Of a stretch of DNA of 64,000 nt, positions 1 to 20,413 are shown piece after piece. The stretch is taken from contig NIVC01000093.1 in the NCBI GenBank assembly GCA_002269645.1, forward strand, positions 868,001-932,000, in the 5' to 3' direction. A model generated the notes under the pieces. That model was not told the DNA's origin and did no database searches. It saw only the letters and a list, made by a program, of their open reading frames with translations. The number at the start of each line of letters is the position of its first letter. Positions within the stretch are counted from its first letter, which is position 1. The position numbers were made by a program, and so were the translations under genes. This DNA comes from Macrostomum lignano. Taxonomy: Eukaryota.

Positions 1-32
1 AGATAGATAGACAGAGAGATACACAGATAGAG

Positions 33-63
<31 letters not shown>

Positions 64-76
64 CAGATAGATAGAC

Positions 77-123
<47 letters not shown>

Positions 124-163
124 CAGAGAGATACACAGATAGAGAGATAGATAGATAGACAGA
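1..163. repeat. (AGAT)n microsatellite, intronic, abutting the donor at 164
   Basis: Direct reading. Confidence 0.97.
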
Positions 164-164
164 C

Positions 165-8194
<8,030 letters not shown>

Positions 8195-8517
8195 ACACAC
8201 CAGGTGATATCCAGCTGTTAAGCTTTGGCTAAGCGAAACGACTAAGACTCGAGTAAATATAGTTTATTAATAGTTGACAGCATCCAGATTTTAACTATTG
8301 ATTAACTCTGACACACGAATGCGTCCGCTTGAACATTCCTTTCCTATGGTTACTTGTACAACTTGCTCTGGCTGCTTTAGCAATTAGTAATTATTCAAGG
8401 TATATGCTACAGCATGTGTGCCAAGGTATGTTTATTTTCAGTTTCTAATAGTTAAATAATACAACATCGCCGAGAATTCCATTCCTTAAAGGCATTGCTA
8501 TATACTTGATTTTTAAC

Positions 8518-9790
8518 CCCCCGTGTGAACCATGGCATCTCAACAACTCCCCCATTGAGCCATGGCATCTCAACAACTCCCCCTATGAGCCATGGCATCT
8601 CAGCATCTCCCCCTGTGAGCCATGGCATCTCAGCAAATCCCCCTGTGAGCCATGGCATCTCAACAACTCCCCCTTGAGCCATGGCATCTCAGCATCTCCC
8701 CCTGTGAGCCATGGCATCTCAACAACTCCCCCTATGAGCCATGGCATCTCAGCATCTCCCCCTGTGAGCCATGGCATCTCAACAACTCCCCCTATGAGCC
8801 ATGGCATCTCAGCATCTCCCCCTGTGAGCCATGGCATCTCAGCAACTCCCCCTGTGAACCATGGCATCTCAACAACTCCCCCTGTGAACCATGGCATTTC
8901 AGCAACTCCCCCTGTGAGCCATGGCATCTCAACAACTCCCCCTATGAGCCATGGCATCTCAGCATCTCCCCCTGTGAGCCATGGCATCTCAACAACTCCC
9001 CCTATGAGCCATGGCATCTCAGCATCTCCCCCTGTGAGCCATGGCATCTCAACAACTCCCCCTATGAGCCATGGCATCTCAGCATCTCCCCCTGTGAGCC
9101 ATGGCATCTCAGCAACTCCCCCTGTGAACCATGGCATCTCAGCAACTCCCCCTGTGAACCATGGCATTTCAGCAACTCCCCCTGTGAGCCATGGCATTTC
9201 AGCAACTCCCATGGCATCTCAGCAACTCCCCTGTGAGCCATGGCATCTCAGCATCTCCCCCTGTAAGCCATGGCATCTTAGAAAATCCCCTGTGAGCCAT
9301 GGCATCTTAGAAAATCCCCTGTGAGCCATGGCATCTTAGAAAATCCCCTATGAGCCATGGCATCTCAGCAAATCCCCCTGTGAACCATGGTATTTCAGCA
9401 ACTCCCATGGCATCTCAGAAAATCTCCTGTGAGCCATGGCATCTCAGCATCTCCCCCTGTAAGCCATGGCATCTTAGAAAATCCCCTGTGAGCCATGGCA
9501 TCTTAGAAAATCCCCTGTAAGCCATGGCATCTTAGAAAATCCCCTGTAAGCCATGGCATCTTAGAAAATCCCCTGTGAGCCATGGCATCTCAGCAAATCC
9601 CCCTGTGAACCATGGTATTTCAGCAACTCCCATGGCATCTCAGAAAATCTCCTGTGAGCCATGGCATCTCAGAAAATCCCCTGTGAGCCATGGCATCTCA
9701 GAAAATCCCATATGAGCCATGGCATCTCAGCATCTCCCCCTGTGAGCCATGGCATCTCAGCAACTTCCCCTGTGAGCCATGACAGCTTAG
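8518..9790. repeat. ~30-bp minisatellite (CCCTGTGAGCCATGGCATCTCAGCAACTCC)
   Basis: About 40 units; 10-aa periodic pseudo-ORFs on both strands. Confidence 0.95.
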
Positions 9791-10435
9791 CAACTCAACT
9801 TTGCCATCCAATGACCAGACTGGGTTGAGCAATATTGAGTAACTTTAAGCGTTTTAAATTTTTGATTTGAATAAATCAAGTATTGAATAAGACCCGATAA
9901 AATTCAAAGACGCGAATAGTTGAATTTTTCTAAGAAATCAAACAAAGGCAGCACTGCATGGCGGTAAGAGTAGAATGCAAATTCGAAAATTTAATAATTT
10001 ATTTAACAAACAAAAAATAGAATTTATCTAATTAAATCACAAACAGTGTTTCAAAAATAAAAATAAAAATAGCTAAGAATTTATATTAATTAGTTCATTA
10101 ATTTTCTTGCACTGTGTGGGTGAGTAAAAGCTTTAGAAGAAGGGCACAAGATATACGCTCGTAACTTGCTCATTAAAAAACTCTGAATACCCGGGACAGG
10201 TAGCTATTGACTCTTTTTTTCGATGCCTTCGTGAAACTCGTGAGGTGAAACAAAGTTTAGCTAAAATCACAATCAGGGTTAATAAACAGCGAATAACACC
10301 TCACCTGACCAATTAAAGAGTTCAATGAAGATAACAGATCTTTAGACTCATTAGTTAAGATAAAGTGGGGAGTGTGGAGTATCTTTTAGAGCAATAAAAT
10401 AGAGAATGTGTACACCAATTGGAATGCGAACCAAT

Positions 10436-10545
10436 TAGAATGTACACTCACTAGAATGTACACTCATCAGAATGTACACTCACCAGAATTTACACTCACC
10501 AGAATGTAAACTCACCCAGAGTGTACACTCACCAGAACTCACCAA
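10436..10545. repeat. Short ~16-bp repeat (AGAATGTACACTCACC)
   Basis: About 6 units. Confidence 0.8.
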
Positions 10546-12714
10546 AGTGGTATCATCAGGAGTGATAAAAATCAACGAATTTACCTATACATTTAGTTAT
10601 TGTAGCTAATAAATTCAGACAAAAATGAACCCAATCTTAGGACAATATAAAGGTCAGGCATACAAAACAGCGCAAGCCATTATTGAAAAAAATAGTAAAA
10701 ATATTGCAGTAGTATGACAGGCATATACCTGTTCCTCACTTATCTCCTAATATGATTTAATAGTAATATTATCTGCAACCCGTTACTTTACAATATGTTA
10801 GCAAATTAAAAACAAGTCGAAATTGTAAAAAAAAACATTAATTTTGAAGCTATATTGTGCTCTTGTTTAAAAAATCGCGATCGTGTTGAAAGGAAAATGT
10901 ACATAAAATAGAATTATCATCTGCACAATTTGTCTAAAGTGCACTACAGTACAAAAAACCGATTCAAAGTACAAAATAAGCTATTATTGATACATGTAAA
11001 AGCCTCCTAAAAATTAGCCAACTCTTAACTTCAACCCTCTATAAGGTAAAGCTTCCGACCGACCCTAACCTTCCGTTCAACTTCTAAACCCTCACCGTAC
11101 GCGATAAAAAGAATGGGACACCCACCTCAACCTCCGCTGAACTTCTACCCCCCTCACTGTACGCGATAAAAAGAGCGGGACACACACCTCAACCTCCGCT
11201 AAACGTCTAACCCTGATTTATAAAAAACGGTAATATAAATACATGTAACAATGCTACTTTTAAATGGACAAACAAAAAAGGTAAGAAGCTCCATTTTCAG
11301 AGGTGAATTTCAAATTGGGAAGCAAACAGAAAGGCACAAAAATAGAAATAACTAACTGCTCTATCACTCGTGGAGGTCTCACAAGGAAAAAACGAAGTAT
11401 TCTAGAGTTAAAGTTAAAAAAAATATTAAGCGTAACAAGTGTGCGAATTTAATTTTATTGGTCTGGAAAAAAAACCAACGCAAAGACGTAGAGGCGCAAA
11501 CTACTATTTTAAGTAGAAAAAACATTGAAATTGGAGAAAACTTAAATAAAAGTAACGAATATTATTTGCGTCAAATTTTATCCACAATTTGCCTTGAAAT
11601 TTTTTCGCTTAAATTTTGAAAGCACCTCGCAATCGAATAGACTAGGACACAGATAAGAACAGAATCGTGAATTAGGTCAGTGAAGGGGCAGAGTCGCCAC
11701 GATCCCTAGCTGTTTCGATTCCGTAAGCGCGCCCGCGCGTTAATTTGAGCCAATTTTGTGCAATAAAAATTGGCCAGAAAGGGGGTGGGTTGTCGCGCGA
11801 TTCACAGCCATGAAGGGCCAACGTCCCCCCAAGGCACAGAGAGTGTACATGCCTGACGATTATAAAATCAAAAGGGCTGCTGTACATCCTCGGCGAGAAG
11901 GCTGAGGGGGGGGGGCAATATCGATTGATATGGCGCGGAATTTTCCATTAGAGTAACGGGACAGAGGGGCGCCGAACCGCAGCTACTTATAGATAATAGG
12001 GGTTTCCCCAAGGTTATCGTCGTAGTCTGCGCATGCATTATTTATTGGATGGAAATTTCCAACAGAATGCTCTGTACTTGTACTTTCGATCAATTCATCT
12101 CAGCAATTCTGTTTGCTCTTATAAGAGCAATCTATTAGTCAATCAGTTTGTTAATTAAGCAAGCAATAGTTTTAAACACGGACTAAATTGTGTAGATGTG
12201 CTCAGTTAATGCGACCTGAAGGCAAATGGATGCCCTGCTCGCGAAGCACCTGCTTCACAATTGTGTGATTGTCGGCTCTCGTATTAATAATGCGACTGCT
12301 GTTGGGCGGGACCTCGCTCTGAAAAAAAATCGATGGAAATGGATGCCTTCCGTGGGGATAGAAAAGTGCTGATGCAGCTCGGATTCAATTAAGGCTAAGA
12401 CAAGCGAGGTGAATGAATATTTTATGCAATTTAGCAGTACCTACTACACTAGCTAGTCGCTCAGAGAGTGCCTTCTGTCACGATCAACTTATAAATTGCA
12501 ACATACCTGTCGGGCAGGTAAGCCCAGAAATTGCAGTATAATTCCATCAGTAAATATCTACACAAAAATATTATGTTATTTTCACTAGGACAATACTGTG
12601 GACTAAAATGCAGTGTCACCAACTAAATTCTATTGGTAGATGGTCACACACCTCACTACTCATCTCAGCAAAAGGCATTCTGCTCAAAAAGTGCAATTTC
12701 TTACTTCCGACACC

Positions 12715-13705
12715 CACCAACCCCCTTACCAATAAAACTCTGCCCCACAGATGTACACTGTCCGACACCCACCTCGCGCGTACGTACCTCCCTCATTAAC
12801 AATAGAAATTTGCCCCACAGATGTACGCTCTCCAACACCTACCTCCCTCATCAGCAAGAAAAATTTGCCCAACAGATGTACACTCTCCGACACCCACCTC
12901 CCTCATCAGCAATAAAACTTTGCCCCACAGATGTACACTCTCCGACACCCACCTCCCTCATCAGCAATAAAACTTTGCCCCACAGATGTACACTCTCCGA
13001 CACCAACCACCCCCATCAGCAATAAAACACTGCCCCACAGATGTACACTCTCCGACACCCACCTCCCTCATCAGGAATAAAACACTTGCCCTAGAGATGT
13101 ACACTCTCCGACACCCACCACCCTCCTCAGCAATAAAACACGGTCCCACAGATGTACACTCTCCGACACCCACCTCCCTCATCAGGAATAAAACACTTGC
13201 CCTAGAGATGTACACTCTCCGACACCCACCACCCTCCTCAGCAATAAAACACGGTCCCACAGATGTACACTCTCCGACACCCACCTCCCTCATCAGGAAT
13301 AAAACACTTGCCCTAGAGATGTACACTCTCCGACACCAACCACCCCCATCAGCAATAAAACACTGCCCCACAGATGTACACTCTCCGACACCAACCACCC
13401 CATCAGCAATAAAACACTGCCCCACAGATGTACACTCTCCGACACCAACCACCCCCATCAGCAATAAAACACTGCCCCACAGATGTACACTCTCCGACAC
13501 CAACCACCCCCATCAGCAATAAAACACTGCCCCACAGATGTACACTCTCCGACACCAACCACCCCATCAGCAATAAAACACTGCCCCACAGATGTACACT
13601 CTCTGACACCCACCTCCCTCATCAGGAATAAAACACTTGCCCTAGAGATGTACACTCTCCGACACCAACCACCCCCATCAGCAATAAAACACTGCCCTAG
13701 AGATG
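12715..13705. repeat. 55-61 bp minisatellite (AGCAATAAAACACTGCCCCACAGATGTACACTCTCCGACACCAACCACCCCCATC)
   Basis: About 17 units with alternating variants. Confidence 0.93.
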
Positions 13706-14224
13706 CAAATTAATACGCAAATCTAAAGCTGATACTCGTACATTTCATTTGTTTCAGTTAGCAACAGGAAAATAATAAGTTGTCAGTAACTCTCATAAGG
13801 AAATCGTGGGAATTTATTGACCTGGCCGAATTCAAAGGTGAAAAAAGCCGCGTCACACAGAAAGAGGCTTGCTCATAAATTACTATTCACCTTTGCTGCG
13901 CGACATTAGGGTATCGGGCGTCGCTTTCATCATTTCAACCCCTTGTCAACCTCTATGAGAATCCGCTCAAAGATTATCTATCAAAGACGGAGATTACATC
14001 CGATCTGAGCCTAGGGGAGAGCGATGGTATAAATATATTGATGAAGCAAGCCGGACTGGACAAAAAACTTTTCGTCCTCATCTTACAGTCAGGGGATTTT
14101 TATCTGAGACTTTGACGTCAACAGACTGCTATAAATATATAAATCCCTTAGAAGGTGGGACTTACACAACAGCTAGCTGGGGTATTTGTTGAGTCTGAGT
14201 TTTCAGGATTCTTTCAAGATTCTG

Positions 14225-14575
14225 TGGGGAATTCTTTGGGAAAATTTTAATTGGGACTTTGTTGGGGAAGATTTTAATTGTGGATTTTTTGGGGAAGATT
14301 TTATTTGGGGATTTTCTGGGGAAGATTTAAATTAGGGATATTTAGGGAAGGATTTAAATTGGAGTTTCTGGGAAAAATTTGAATTAGGGATTTTTTGAGA
14401 AAATTTAAATTCGGCACTTTTGGGGAAGATTTTATTTGGGGATTTTTTGGGGAGATTTCAATTGGGGATTTTTCGGGAAGATTTCAACAGGGGATTTTTG
14501 GGGGAGATTTTAATTGGGGATTTTTTAAAGGAATTTTTCGATTCGGAATTTTTAACGAATCTTTTTTGAGGGATT
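14225..14575. repeat. Degenerate G/T-tract repeat (GGGGATTTTT...)
   Basis: Recurring TTGGGGATTTTT(T)GGGAAG motifs. Confidence 0.7.
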
Positions 14576-14624
14576 CTTTATAAAATATACTCATTTAAAA
14601 TTACATTACAGATTTTTTAACTCA

Positions 14625-14760
14625 CCCTCGATCTTTCCAAACTGTGTGCACCGCCGCCGCCACCGCCGGACACCAGATCTGAAGTTCCGGTGCTCAGCAC
14701 AGAGACGCTGCCCGGCCTTGAAGTTAGCAGTAGGTTGCGTTGCGTTGGCAAAGAGATACA
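14625..14760 (-). other. Possible upstream (5'UTR) exon of the PH-SH2 gene
   Basis: GC-rich island ending in a strong minus-strand donor (GAGG|GTGAGT at ~14624); phase would fit the ttaacag acceptor upstream of the 8194 ATG. The link is inferred. Confidence 0.3.
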
Positions 14761-15173
14761 GTCTCAGAAAGTTAAATGTTACTTTTAGCAAATGATGATG
14801 TTTCTTAAGAAGCATTATCTAAGAAGCGCCGAGTAAATAATATTTAGGGAGGGCTGTGAGTCAGACAGACGCGTTTCATCGCTGAGCTGCCCTGCCCCTA
14901 ATTATCAATATACCAAAAATCATGCATTTTCTGCTTTTTTCATCCTCTTGATAAGAAGTTAAAAGCCAGGTAAAAGTATAAGCACAGCGGCCCATTAGCA
15001 GATCAGCTTAATCCTCTCGTCTAGGCTTCTTAATGAAGTAGCGTTAATCCGCTAGATTTAGGATTTACGTTATTTCACATTTTATCCATCTAAAAAGCTT
15101 CAGAACAGTCAGTCAGCTGCTTCCATTATACGGGTCACGATAATCTGTAGCGAGTTGGGCTTTCTGTTTAGTC

Positions 15174-15470
15174 CAGGGTGGGCAAATTTTTTTTACCTCA
15201 AAGGCCAGATCAACAATCTAGCTCATGGCTGCGGGCCAGATAAGAGAGGTAAGGAGAGGGAATAAAGAAGAGAGAGAAAATATTAGAGATGGGAGAAGAG
15301 AGGAGAGGGGAGAGAAGAGAGAGAGAATGGTTGAATAAATGAGATAGGATTAAAAGAGAGGAGAGATGACAGAGTAGAGAGAACAGAAGAGAGAGAGGAG
15401 AGGGAGAGAGAGGGAGAGAGAGAGGAGAGAGGGAGAGGAGAGAGGGAGAGGAGAGAGGGAGAGAGAGAGG

Positions 15471-15506
<36 letters not shown>

Positions 15507-15536
15507 GGAGAGAGAGAGGGAGAGAGGGAGAGAGAG

Positions 15537-15619
<83 letters not shown>

Positions 15620-15644
15620 AGGAGAGAGAGGGAGAGGAGAGAGG

Positions 15645-15712
<68 letters not shown>

Positions 15713-16388
15713 GGGAGAAAGAGAGAGAAAGGATATTTCGAATATTTTATATTCTTCGTCAGGGCGAGTAGCTCGTAGAGAAAGGAGAAAGGAGAGAGAA
15801 GAGAGAAGATAAGAGAGGGGAGAGACAAGAGAGAAGGGAGAGGGGGAGAGGAGAAGAGGGGAGAGAAGAGGTGAGAGAAGAGGAGAGAGAGAAGATATGA
15901 GAGAAGAGAGAAGAGGGGAAAGATGAGAGAAGAGATGAGATGAGAGAGAAGATAGAAGAGGGGAGTGAGAATAGATAGGAGGGGAGAGAGGAGAGGGGAG
16001 AGAGGAGAGGAGAGAGAGAAGCGACATAAGAGAGAAGAGGGTAGAGATGAGAGAAGAGAATACGGGGAGAGAGAAGAGATGAGAGAAAAGAGAAGAGAGA
16101 AGAATGGGAGAGAGGAGAGAGAAGAGGGGAGAATGAAGAAAGGAGGGGAGAGGATAGACAAGAGAAAAGAGGGGAGAGAGGGGAGAGGAGGGGAGAGAGG
16201 AGAGAGAAGAGAGAAGAGGAGAGAGAAGAGGGTAGAGGTGAAAGAGAAGATGGAAGAGAGAAGTGAGAAGAGAAAGGAGAGGAGAGAGGAAAGAGCAGAG
16301 AGAAGAGGGTAGAGAGAAGAGAACTGAGAAGAGACACAGCGGGCCGGATAGGGAAGCTTCGCGGTCCGGAGTTTGCCGACACCCCTTG
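15174..16388. mobile_element. Non-autonomous hAT-like element whose interior is a ~1.05 kb GA-rich low-complexity expansion
   Basis: Left end CAGGGTGGGCAAA, right end TTTGCCGACACCCCTTG (imperfect inverted repeats); subterminal GCGGGCCAGA/CGGGCCGGA; flanks GTTTAGTC and GTTTAGTT match 7/8 as an 8-bp TSD, the length typical of hAT. Confidence 0.7.
15245..16330. repeat. (GA)n / AG-rich low-complexity tract
   Basis: Direct reading. Confidence 0.95.
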
Positions 16389-16937
16389 GTTTAGTTGCTA
16401 GGCTATTAGAAAATAGAAGATTGACGCATGCCAGGATTAGGTGCATTCCACTCTTCTATTCTGTAGATGCAACAGAGAAAATTGCCCCATGCTAGTTTTA
16501 TATAGCTATAGCATCAGGACGTGAGAGGCTGTCACGACACTCGTATAGTTTTCCTACAAGTTATAACTTCTGACTCTGCCCCTTCAACATAAATTGTACT
16601 ATAGCTACCTGTCAGTCAATTTCGAACACCAAATTCAATGGTAGCTGGGGACCTTCTGGAGTTCTGAATCGCAAGTGCATTGAAAAAGATACATTATTGA
16701 CGAACGCAGCACTGAATAGGATTTGGCTGCAGACAGATTCTGTCGAAAATATCAGTCTAGAAAATACACTAAAGAGACAGGAACAGGTGAACTTTTGACA
16801 GAACTTTGCTTTCTTCCCGGTCTCTTGTAGCAGTTCATGAAACTAATAGCTCGATAAATTTTGTAAGTGCATCACGGACACATAATTGCCCTATTTTGGA
16901 ATTCGGAACTACCGAAGGTGAGATATTACTGAAAGTC

Positions 16938-17100
16938 TGGGGGTTCGATTCTCGACCCAGTCGGAAAAATTTGTGTCCTTGAGCAAGACGCTCAACTCTG
17001 CATTGCTTCAGTTTAACCAGATGTAAAATGGGTGCCAGCATTAGCTGGGGTAATTGAGGATGTGGCGTGGTGAACCCCCAGTCCTTGGACTGAACAGTCT
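16938..17100 (+). mobile_element. tRNA-derived SINE, family A (5' truncated)
   Basis: B-box GGTTCGATTC followed by the core GTGTCCTTGAGCAAGAC..CTCTGCATTGCTTCAGTT..TGTAAAATGGGTGCCAG, shared with copies at 38201, 46195 and 59581. Confidence 0.8.
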
Positions 17101-17771
17101 GAGACAAAAGTCTACCTTTTGAACTAGCTACATACAGAGTTCACGCCTTCCTTCCACAAGATAATAAAGCATGAAGTGTCAATTAGCTTAAAGCAGAGAA
17201 AAATTATCTCTTCTGCCAAGCTCAATAAGTCACGTCGAGTGTTAGTGAAGTCATATATAGTCTTGTTTAAACATTATGTACGCGATTTGCTCTCGTTAAG
17301 CATGCTAAGTCTCTTGACGACTAAGTAATACAAAAATACAAAGAAAGTCCAAACATTATTCACTGTAGATAAAGCTTAAAACCTATATTGATAGCCATTC
17401 TTGACCAAATATTAGTTCATTCCTTTGCTTTGCTTTGCACTTTTTATTATCGTTGAGAGGAAGGCTTTAATCGACATTTTCCCACTGAGCTATGCATTAG
17501 AGCTCTCGTCATATAGAAGCTGAACAAAATAAAAATTATTTTCAAGCTCTACACGTATTTCGACTTAAACTATTGGCTAAAAAGAGTTGCGATAAAAATT
17601 TCTGCAACAAATTTGAAGCTAGCACGTGTTTTATCCAGAGGGGCTCAGGGGTAAAACGCCTCGGACTCTCGCCCGACTTTTTGGTTGGCCATTCACCAGC
17701 GGTGGCCACAGTCTGACGGACTTCGCCTTCACAGGCACCTGGACACGGGAGGGCACAAGACCCAGGCCAGC

Positions 17772-18712
17772 CTGATTCAGGGACGATTTTTTATGTTGAT
17801 TCAGGGACGATTCTTAAGTTGATTCAGGGACGATTCTTAAGTTGATTCAGAGATGATGCTGAAGGTTGATTCAGGGACGATTCTTAAGGTTGATTCAGGG
17901 ACGATTCTTAAGGTGATTCAGGGACGATTCTTAATGTTGATTCAGGGACGATTCTTAAGTTGATTCAGGGACGATTCTTAAGTTGATTCAGGGACGATTC
18001 TTAATGTTGATTCAGGGACGATTCTTAAGTTGATTCAGGGACGATGCTTAAAGTTGATTCAGGGACGATGCTTAAAGTTGATTCAGGGACGATTCTTAAT
18101 GTTGATTCAGGGACGATTCTTAAGTTGATTCAGGGACGATTCTTAAGTTGATTCAGGGACGATTCTTAATGTTGATTCAGGGACGATTCTTAAGTTGATT
18201 CAGGGACGATTCTTAATGTTGATTCAGGGACGATGCTTAAGGTGATTCAGGGACGATGCTTAATGCTGATTCAGGGACGATTCTTAATGTTGATTTAGGG
18301 ACGATTCTTAATGCTAATTCAGGGACGATTCTTAATGTTGATTCAGGGACGATTCTTAAGTTGATACAATGACGATTCTTAATGCTGATTCAGGGACGAT
18401 TCTTAAGTTGATTCAGGGACGATGCTTAAGGTGATTCAGGGACGATGCTTAAAGTTGATTCAGGGACGATTCTTAATGTTGATTCAGGGACGATTCTTAA
18501 TGTTGATTCAGGGACGATGCTTAAGGTGATTCTGGGACGATGCTTAAAGTTGATTCAGGGACGATGCTTAAGTTGATTCAGGGACGATGCTTAAAGTTGA
18601 TTCAGGGACGATGCTTAAAGTTGATTCAGGGACGATTCTTAAGTTGATTCAGGGACGATTCTTAATGCTGATTCAGGGACGATTCTTAATGCTGATTCTA
18701 AGGACGATTTCA
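17772..18712. repeat. 22-24 bp satellite (GTTGATTCAGGGACGATTCTTAA), block 1
   Basis: About 40 units. Confidence 0.97.
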
Positions 18713-18716
18713 AAGT

Positions 18717-19321
18717 TTAAGTGATATTAGTTAGAAATCGTGTAGGTAAATTTCTAGAAGCAACCATAGCAATGGGGGCCGATTGAAAAACATTCCCCTT
18801 TGCTATCAATGTTATTTCAGGCCGCGAAGACCAGTCATGATTGAGATTTCTAAAATTTTTGTGCAGCAAATTGGTTGAATCAAAAAAGTGCAGACTAATC
18901 AACACGCAGGCCTGATAAGACGCAGCCCTGACTTGATCCACATTCAGATACGAACTGTGTGCACTGAGTTTGGTTAGAGAGATAGCTAGGGCAAGATAAT
19001 TGCAGCGATTTGGCATTTTGGCAAGATGCCAACTCTCATAGTACATACACAGCTAACAACCACACATCACCATTCTATCTGACAACCGTATGGCACAGCT
19101 ACGTGTAAAATGGGATTCAAAAAGCTTTCATTGAGGCTTGCCACCAGTTTAGAATCCGATGTACTCCTATAGCCTACTCTTGTAAAGCACTCCACCAGTG
19201 TCCCATTAGTATTGTTTGTTTGAGAGGCCCAAGCCAACATCCGGTTCACAATTGGCCTGGTTCTGTCCATGGTAAAATAAGAGACAGCCTGAGAGACGCA
19301 TTTTTTGCAAAACTGCAACAA
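18717..19321 (-). other. Unique island inside the satellite with two adjacent minus-strand ORFs (possible exons of an unidentified gene or of the EEIG1 3' region)
   Basis: ORFs 19067-19321 and 18717-19046; acceptor-like gtactttttgttgcag at ~19311; no family recognised. Confidence 0.3.
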
Positions 19322-19619
19322 AAAGTACTAACAAACAGGAATCCTACATAACTAAACCAGTGCAATTTTCTGCCTAAAATCTCACTTACTAAACTATGTA
19401 TATGTACAGAGAAAGTTAACGATGGGAGTAACTATGTAACTGTTTTAAATAGCCAAAATTACTCGTCACCTGGTAAGCAGTGTTGTCCACTATAACAAAA
19501 AATTTAACATTTACCATTTTAAACAGTTGTAAGTTGATAAATTTACTAGGAAAAAATCACAACAAATTTTATAGATACATCTGAGGAACGTTTCAAAACA
19601 ACTTCAAACTTCGGTTTCG

Positions 19620-20413
19620 GAACGATGCTAAAGGTTGATTCAGGGACGATTCTTAAGGTTGATTCAGGGACGATTCTTAATGTTGATTCAGGGACGATTC
19701 TTTAGTTTATTCAGGGACGATTCTTAATGTTGATTCAGGGACGATTCTTAAGGTTGATTCAGGGACGATTCTTAAGGTTGATTCAGGGACGATTCTTTAG
19801 TTTATTCAGGGACGATTCTTAAGTTGATTCGGGGACGATTCTTAATGCTGATTCAGGGACGATTCTTAAGTTGATTCGGGGACGATTCTTAAGTTGATTC
19901 AGAGATGATGCTGAAGGTTGATTCAGGGACGATTCTTAAGGTTGATTCAGGGACGATTCTTAAGTTGATTCAGAGATGATGCTGAAGGTTGATTCAGGGA
20001 CGATTCTTAAGGTTGATTCAGGGATGATGCTGAAGGTTGATTCAGGGACGATTCTTAAGTTGATTCAGGGACGATTCTTAATGTTGATTCAGGGACGATT
20101 CTTTAGTTTATTCAGGGACGATTCTTAATGTTGATTCAGGGACGATTCTTAAGGTTGATTCAGGGACGATTCTTAATGTTGATTCAGGGACGATTCTTTA
20201 GTTGATTCAGAGATGATGCTGAAGGTTGATTCAGGGACGATTCTTAAGTTGATTCAGAGATGATGCTGAAGGTTGATTCAGGGACGATTCTTAAGGTTGA
20301 TTCAGGGACGATTCTTAATGTTGATTCAGGGACGATTCTTTAGTTTATTCAGGGACGATTCTTAATGTTGATTCAGGGACGATTCTTAAGGTTGATTCAG
20401 GGACGATTCTTAA
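19620..20413. repeat. 22-24 bp satellite, block 2
   Basis: Same unit as block 1. Confidence 0.97.

Noticed and set aside
8506-9324. Periodic ORFs (PCEPWHL / GGVAEMPW) and similar ones at 576, 4239, 12961, 15283, 23596-27149, 36945, 42788, 44241, 47008, 48139
   Set aside because: Each is a translation of a tandem repeat, often open on both strands or in several frames, with no non-repetitive coding context.
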